Both the position numbers and the translations under genes were made by a program. The notes below the pieces were generated by a model. It had not been told where the DNA came from, ran no database searches, and saw only the letters and a program-made list of their open reading frames with translations. A DNA stretch of 49,120 nt from Betaproteobacteria bacterium (GTDB lineage: Bacteria > Pseudomonadota > Gammaproteobacteria > Burkholderiales > SG8-41), in contig JAOTTL010000002.1 in assembly GCA_029864385.1 (NCBI GenBank), positions 1-49,120 on the forward strand. Reading direction: 5' to 3'. Below are positions 46,449 through 49,120 of the stretch, piece after piece; the stretch's first letter is position 1; every line of letters begins with the position of its first letter.

Positions 46449-46700
46449 TCAGTGCTCGCTCTCGGTCCCCGCTGGGCCGCCATCTTGCGGGATCGGCTCC
46501 CTCGTGACCTGTTCATCCCGCCCCGTGGTAAACACGACGTATGCGACGACTGCCGGGGCGGTTCGCAGCACGACGAAGGCGAAGGTATTGAACTGCGTCA
46601 CGTGCAGGTGCAGCGAGTTCATCCATATGAACAATCCGGCGATGATGGGCCACGGCAGCCAGTGAATCGGCTTGCCGAGAAAGACGCTGCGCAGCTTCAT
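46449..46700 (-). CDS. hypothetical small membrane protein (2 TM), 5 nt downstream of the TRAP permease gene
   Basis: ATG 46700 is preceded by GGAGG. MKLRSVFLGKPIHWLPWPIIAGLFIWM..FNTFAFVVLRTAPAVVAYVVF. Confidence 0.45.
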   Translation of the reverse strand: MKLRSVFLGKPIHWLPWPIIAGLFIWMNSLHLHVTQFNTFAFVVLRTAPAVVAYVVFTTGRDEQVTREPIPQDGGPAGTESEH

Positions 46701-46705
46701 GGCGT

Positions 46706-48733
46706 TCAACCTCCGGCTGGCACAAGGGTACCGCGCGCCCGGTAGCGGGCGAAGTAGAGTAGCGCAACGCAGGCGCCGCCCACGATCGTGACCAGGTAAC
46801 CCGAAAGGCCGAGCAGGGTAAGCTGCGGCGGGTACAGCAGCAGGATCGCGCAGCCCATCAACACGCCGCGCAACGCGACGTTGAGGCGGCCGCACAACCA
46901 GCCTTCGATCGCCGCGGAAAGCGCCCATACGCCCGCGAGCGCGGTGAGAAAGGAAAACGCGGTCAACCACAGCGGGCCCTCAAACAGGAGCGTCGGGTTG
47001 TACACGAAGATGAACGGCACGAGATACTTCGCGATCCCCACCTTTGCGGATTCGAGCGCCGTGCTCATCGGCGGGCTACCGGCGATCGCGGCGGCGGCAA
47101 ACGACGCGAGCGCCACCGGGGGCGTGATGGTCGATACCACGCCGTAGTAGAACGCGAACAGGTGCGCCGCAATCGGCGTCACCCCCATCTGCTCGAGCGA
47201 CGGGATAATCAGCGCCGCGAGCGTGATGTAAACCGCGGTCGTCGTCAGTCCCATGCCGAGCAGGATCGAGGCAAACGCGGTCAGCGCGAGCAGCACCAAC
47301 AGGTAGCCGCCCGACAGGTCGATCACCGACTGGGTGAACTTCAGGCCGAGCCCGGAGACGAACACCGAGCCGATGATGATGCCGGCGCAGGCGCAGGCGA
47401 TGGTCACCGGTATGGTGCTGCGCACGCCGCCTTCCAGGGCTGCGAACAGGTCCACCGAACTCATCCGGGTGTTACTGTTGATGAAGCTCAGCGTCACGAT
47501 GGTGACGATCCCCCAGAACGCGGACATCATCGCGCTGTAGCCGATCGCCAGCAGCGTAATCAGCACCACCAGCGAAAACAGCAAATGCCAACCCCGTTTC
47601 AGGACTGCGCCGAAGCTCGGAAGTTTCTCCTTCGGAATGCGGACCAGGCCATGCTTTTCGGCTTCCATGTGAACCATGAAGTACACGGTCGCGTAGTACA
47701 GGATGGCTGGAATGGTCGCTGCGACGATGACGACCAGCAGGTTGACGCGCAGGAATTCGGCGATGATGAAGGCCGCGGCACCCATGATCGGCGGGGTGAT
47801 CTGCCCGCCCGATGACGCGCAGGCCTCGACCGCGGCCGCGAAGCGCGCCCGGTAACCGAGCCGCTTCATCAACGGAATCGTGAACGCACCCGTCGTGACG
47901 ACGTTCGCCACGGCGGAGCCCGAAACGGTCCCCATCATCGCGCTCGCCACCACCGCGGCTTTCGCCGGCCCGCCGGTACGGTGCCCGGTCAGGGCGATGG
48001 CGAGATCGATGAAAAAGCGTCCTGCGCCCGAGCGGATTAGCAGGGCACCGAAGATGATGAACAACAGGATGTAGGTCGCGACCACCATCAGCGGGATGCC
48101 GAAGATCCCGTCGGCTCGCATAAAAATCACGTCGATGTATTTGCGAAACGAGGTCGGCGGACCGTACAGAAAGCCGAAGAAGTAATTCGAATACAGGCTG
48201 TGCACCACGAAGAAGCCGGTGACGAAGACCATCGCCCATCCGACCACGCGCCGGGTCGCCTCGAGCACCAGCAGAATAAATCCCAGCCCGACCCACAGAT
48301 CCAGCGGCGTGATGTCCCCGCCGCGCATGTTGAACCCGTCGATGTCCCACAACGTATAGCCCTGCACGAACAGGCCGAAGCCCACGAGCACGAGATCGAT
48401 CAGCAATCCGGATACGCGCAGCGCATTGCCCCGACCATCCGGATTGACGAGCGGATCACGGTAAGAGCGCCGAAACAGCGGGTTAAGCAGCAGGGCCAGC
48501 ACCAGCATGACGGTCAGGTGCGTGGCGCGAAAAGAGCGTGTCTCCGGCGTACCGTAGACCGCGGTATACAAATGGAACAGCGCCAGCGCGATCGCGAACA
48601 CCGCGCAAACGACGGCAATCACGACCGGCAGGCGCGCGCCGCGATCGCGCAACACCGTCTCGAACATCGAGGCTTCCTTGACCTCGTTGTACTCGATGCG
48701 CTCTTCTACGATCTGTGGCGCGGTGTCAGCCAT
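46706..48733 (-). CDS. TRAP transporter fused permease (TAXI-type, DctQ-like plus DctM-like)
   Basis: 675 aa and highly hydrophobic throughout; adjacent to a TAXI solute receptor gene. Confidence 0.9.
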   Translation of the reverse strand: MADTAPQIVEERIEYNEVKEASMFETVLRDRGARLPVVIAVVCAVFAIALALFHLYTAVYGTPETRSFRATHLTVMLVLALLLNPLFRRSYRDPLVNPDGRGNALRVSGLLIDLVLVGFGLFVQGYTLWDIDGFNMRGGDITPLDLWVGLGFILLVLEATRRVVGWAMVFVTGFFVVHSLYSNYFFGFLYGPPTSFRKYIDVIFMRADGIFGIPLMVVATYILLFIIFGALLIRSGAGRFFIDLAIALTGHRTGGPAKAAVVASAMMGTVSGSAVANVVTTGAFTIPLMKRLGYRARFAAAVEACASSGGQITPPIMGAAAFIIAEFLRVNLLVVIVAATIPAILYYATVYFMVHMEAEKHGLVRIPKEKLPSFGAVLKRGWHLLFSLVVLITLLAIGYSAMMSAFWGIVTIVTLSFINSNTRMSSVDLFAALEGGVRSTIPVTIACACAGIIIGSVFVSGLGLKFTQSVIDLSGGYLLVLLALTAFASILLGMGLTTTAVYITLAALIIPSLEQMGVTPIAAHLFAFYYGVVSTITPPVALASFAAAAIAGSPPMSTALESAKVGIAKYLVPFIFVYNPTLLFEGPLWLTAFSFLTALAGVWALSAAIEGWLCGRLNVALRGVLMGCAILLLYPPQLTLLGLSGYLVTIVGGACVALLYFARYRARGTLVPAGG

Positions 48734-48900
48734 TGGGCCTGCCGAAGAATTCTGCGATCAGAGGTCCGTGATCATGCCGCGTCGAAGGTACACGGTTGCG
48801 CGGCGCGTTGGTCGCTCCGTAGCACGCGGAAGTCATGAAAGTGGAACGTTCGCGCAGCGGCCCGTGCTTAACGCGTGGACCGTTGCGCGCGCGTCCGGCG

Positions 48901-49120
48901 TTACATCTTCTTGACGCCCATTTCCGTGTAGCAGCGCTCGGCGCCCGGATGAACCGGAATCGCGGCTGCCGCCAGCGCGTCTTCCTTCTTGACCTTGTTC
49001 CACACCTTCTTCACCGCCGCGAAGGTGGCGTGCTCCTTCCAGAAGACCTTGCACATCTTGTAGACGAGGTCCGCCGGCAGGTCCTTGTTCACCACCATGA
49101 CCGTCGCCGTCGCGAGGGTC
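48901..49120 (-). CDS. TAXI-family TRAP solute-binding protein, C-terminal part (gene continues beyond window)
   Basis: The frame is open to the window edge. ..TLATATVMVVNKDLPADLVYKMCKVFWKEH..AAAIPVHPGAERCYTEMGV is the typical TAXI C-terminus. Confidence 0.8.
   Translation of the reverse strand, partial: TLATATVMVVNKDLPADLVYKMCKVFWKEHATFAAVKKVWNKVKKEDALAAAAIPVHPGAERCYTEMGVKKM

Overview
GC-rich proteobacterial chromosome segment. The fmt-rsmB-DUF4390-ntrYX synteny and a Bug/TctC receptor look betaproteobacterial or Burkholderiales-like, but that is an inference. 1-12.7 kb is core: the fmt 3' end, rsmB, DUF4390, ntrY/ntrX, then a tkt-gap-pgk-pyk-fba (class I aldolase) block. 12.7-33 kb is an accessory catabolic region: a COG0523 GTPase-amidohydrolase-cupin-carboxyltransferase operon; a divergent enoyl-CoA hydratase / orphan BCCP pair; and a GntR regulator facing a long plus-strand run (cytoplasmic sulfite-oxidase-fold Mo enzyme, EtfBA, second carboxyltransferase, biotin carboxylase, split ADP-forming acyl-CoA synthetase beta/alpha, Fe-ADH). 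33.4-34.7 kb holds a 3'-truncated hotdog thioesterase, an unassigned low-GC spacer and what looks like a single integron-type gene cassette (small MerC-like membrane ORF plus a hand-foldable attC-like site), with no integrase in the window. 34.6-46 kb is mostly minus-strand: nitronate monooxygenase, two tandem alpha/beta-hydrolase paralogs, a DMT transporter, an enoyl-CoA hydratase, an alpha/beta-type acyl-CoA dehydrogenase pair, a TctC receptor and a truncated 2-hydroxyacid dehydrogenase, plus dapE (plus strand) and a PEP-mutase/isocitrate-lyase-family enzyme. The window ends with a TAXI-TRAP transporter. The strongest unexplained signal is non-coding. Nearly every intergenic spacer from pgk onward is built from degenerate short-period (7-14 nt) tandem word arrays (GTGATGA, CGTGAAT, CACGGAA, GTTCnnn, TTGGCG, ATCGGCG, CTCTGTG, GGGAGATC). 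These are often arranged as inverted blocks that could fold into long imperfect hairpins. Dispersed families are recognisable among them: a 16-nt GCGTTTATCTGCGGCY motif, a 29-nt CACGGAA element, and a ~150-200 nt modular composite present three times. No rRNA, tRNA, CRISPR, transposase or recognisable defence genes were found. All calls rest on reading the translations and DNA by eye; no searches were run.
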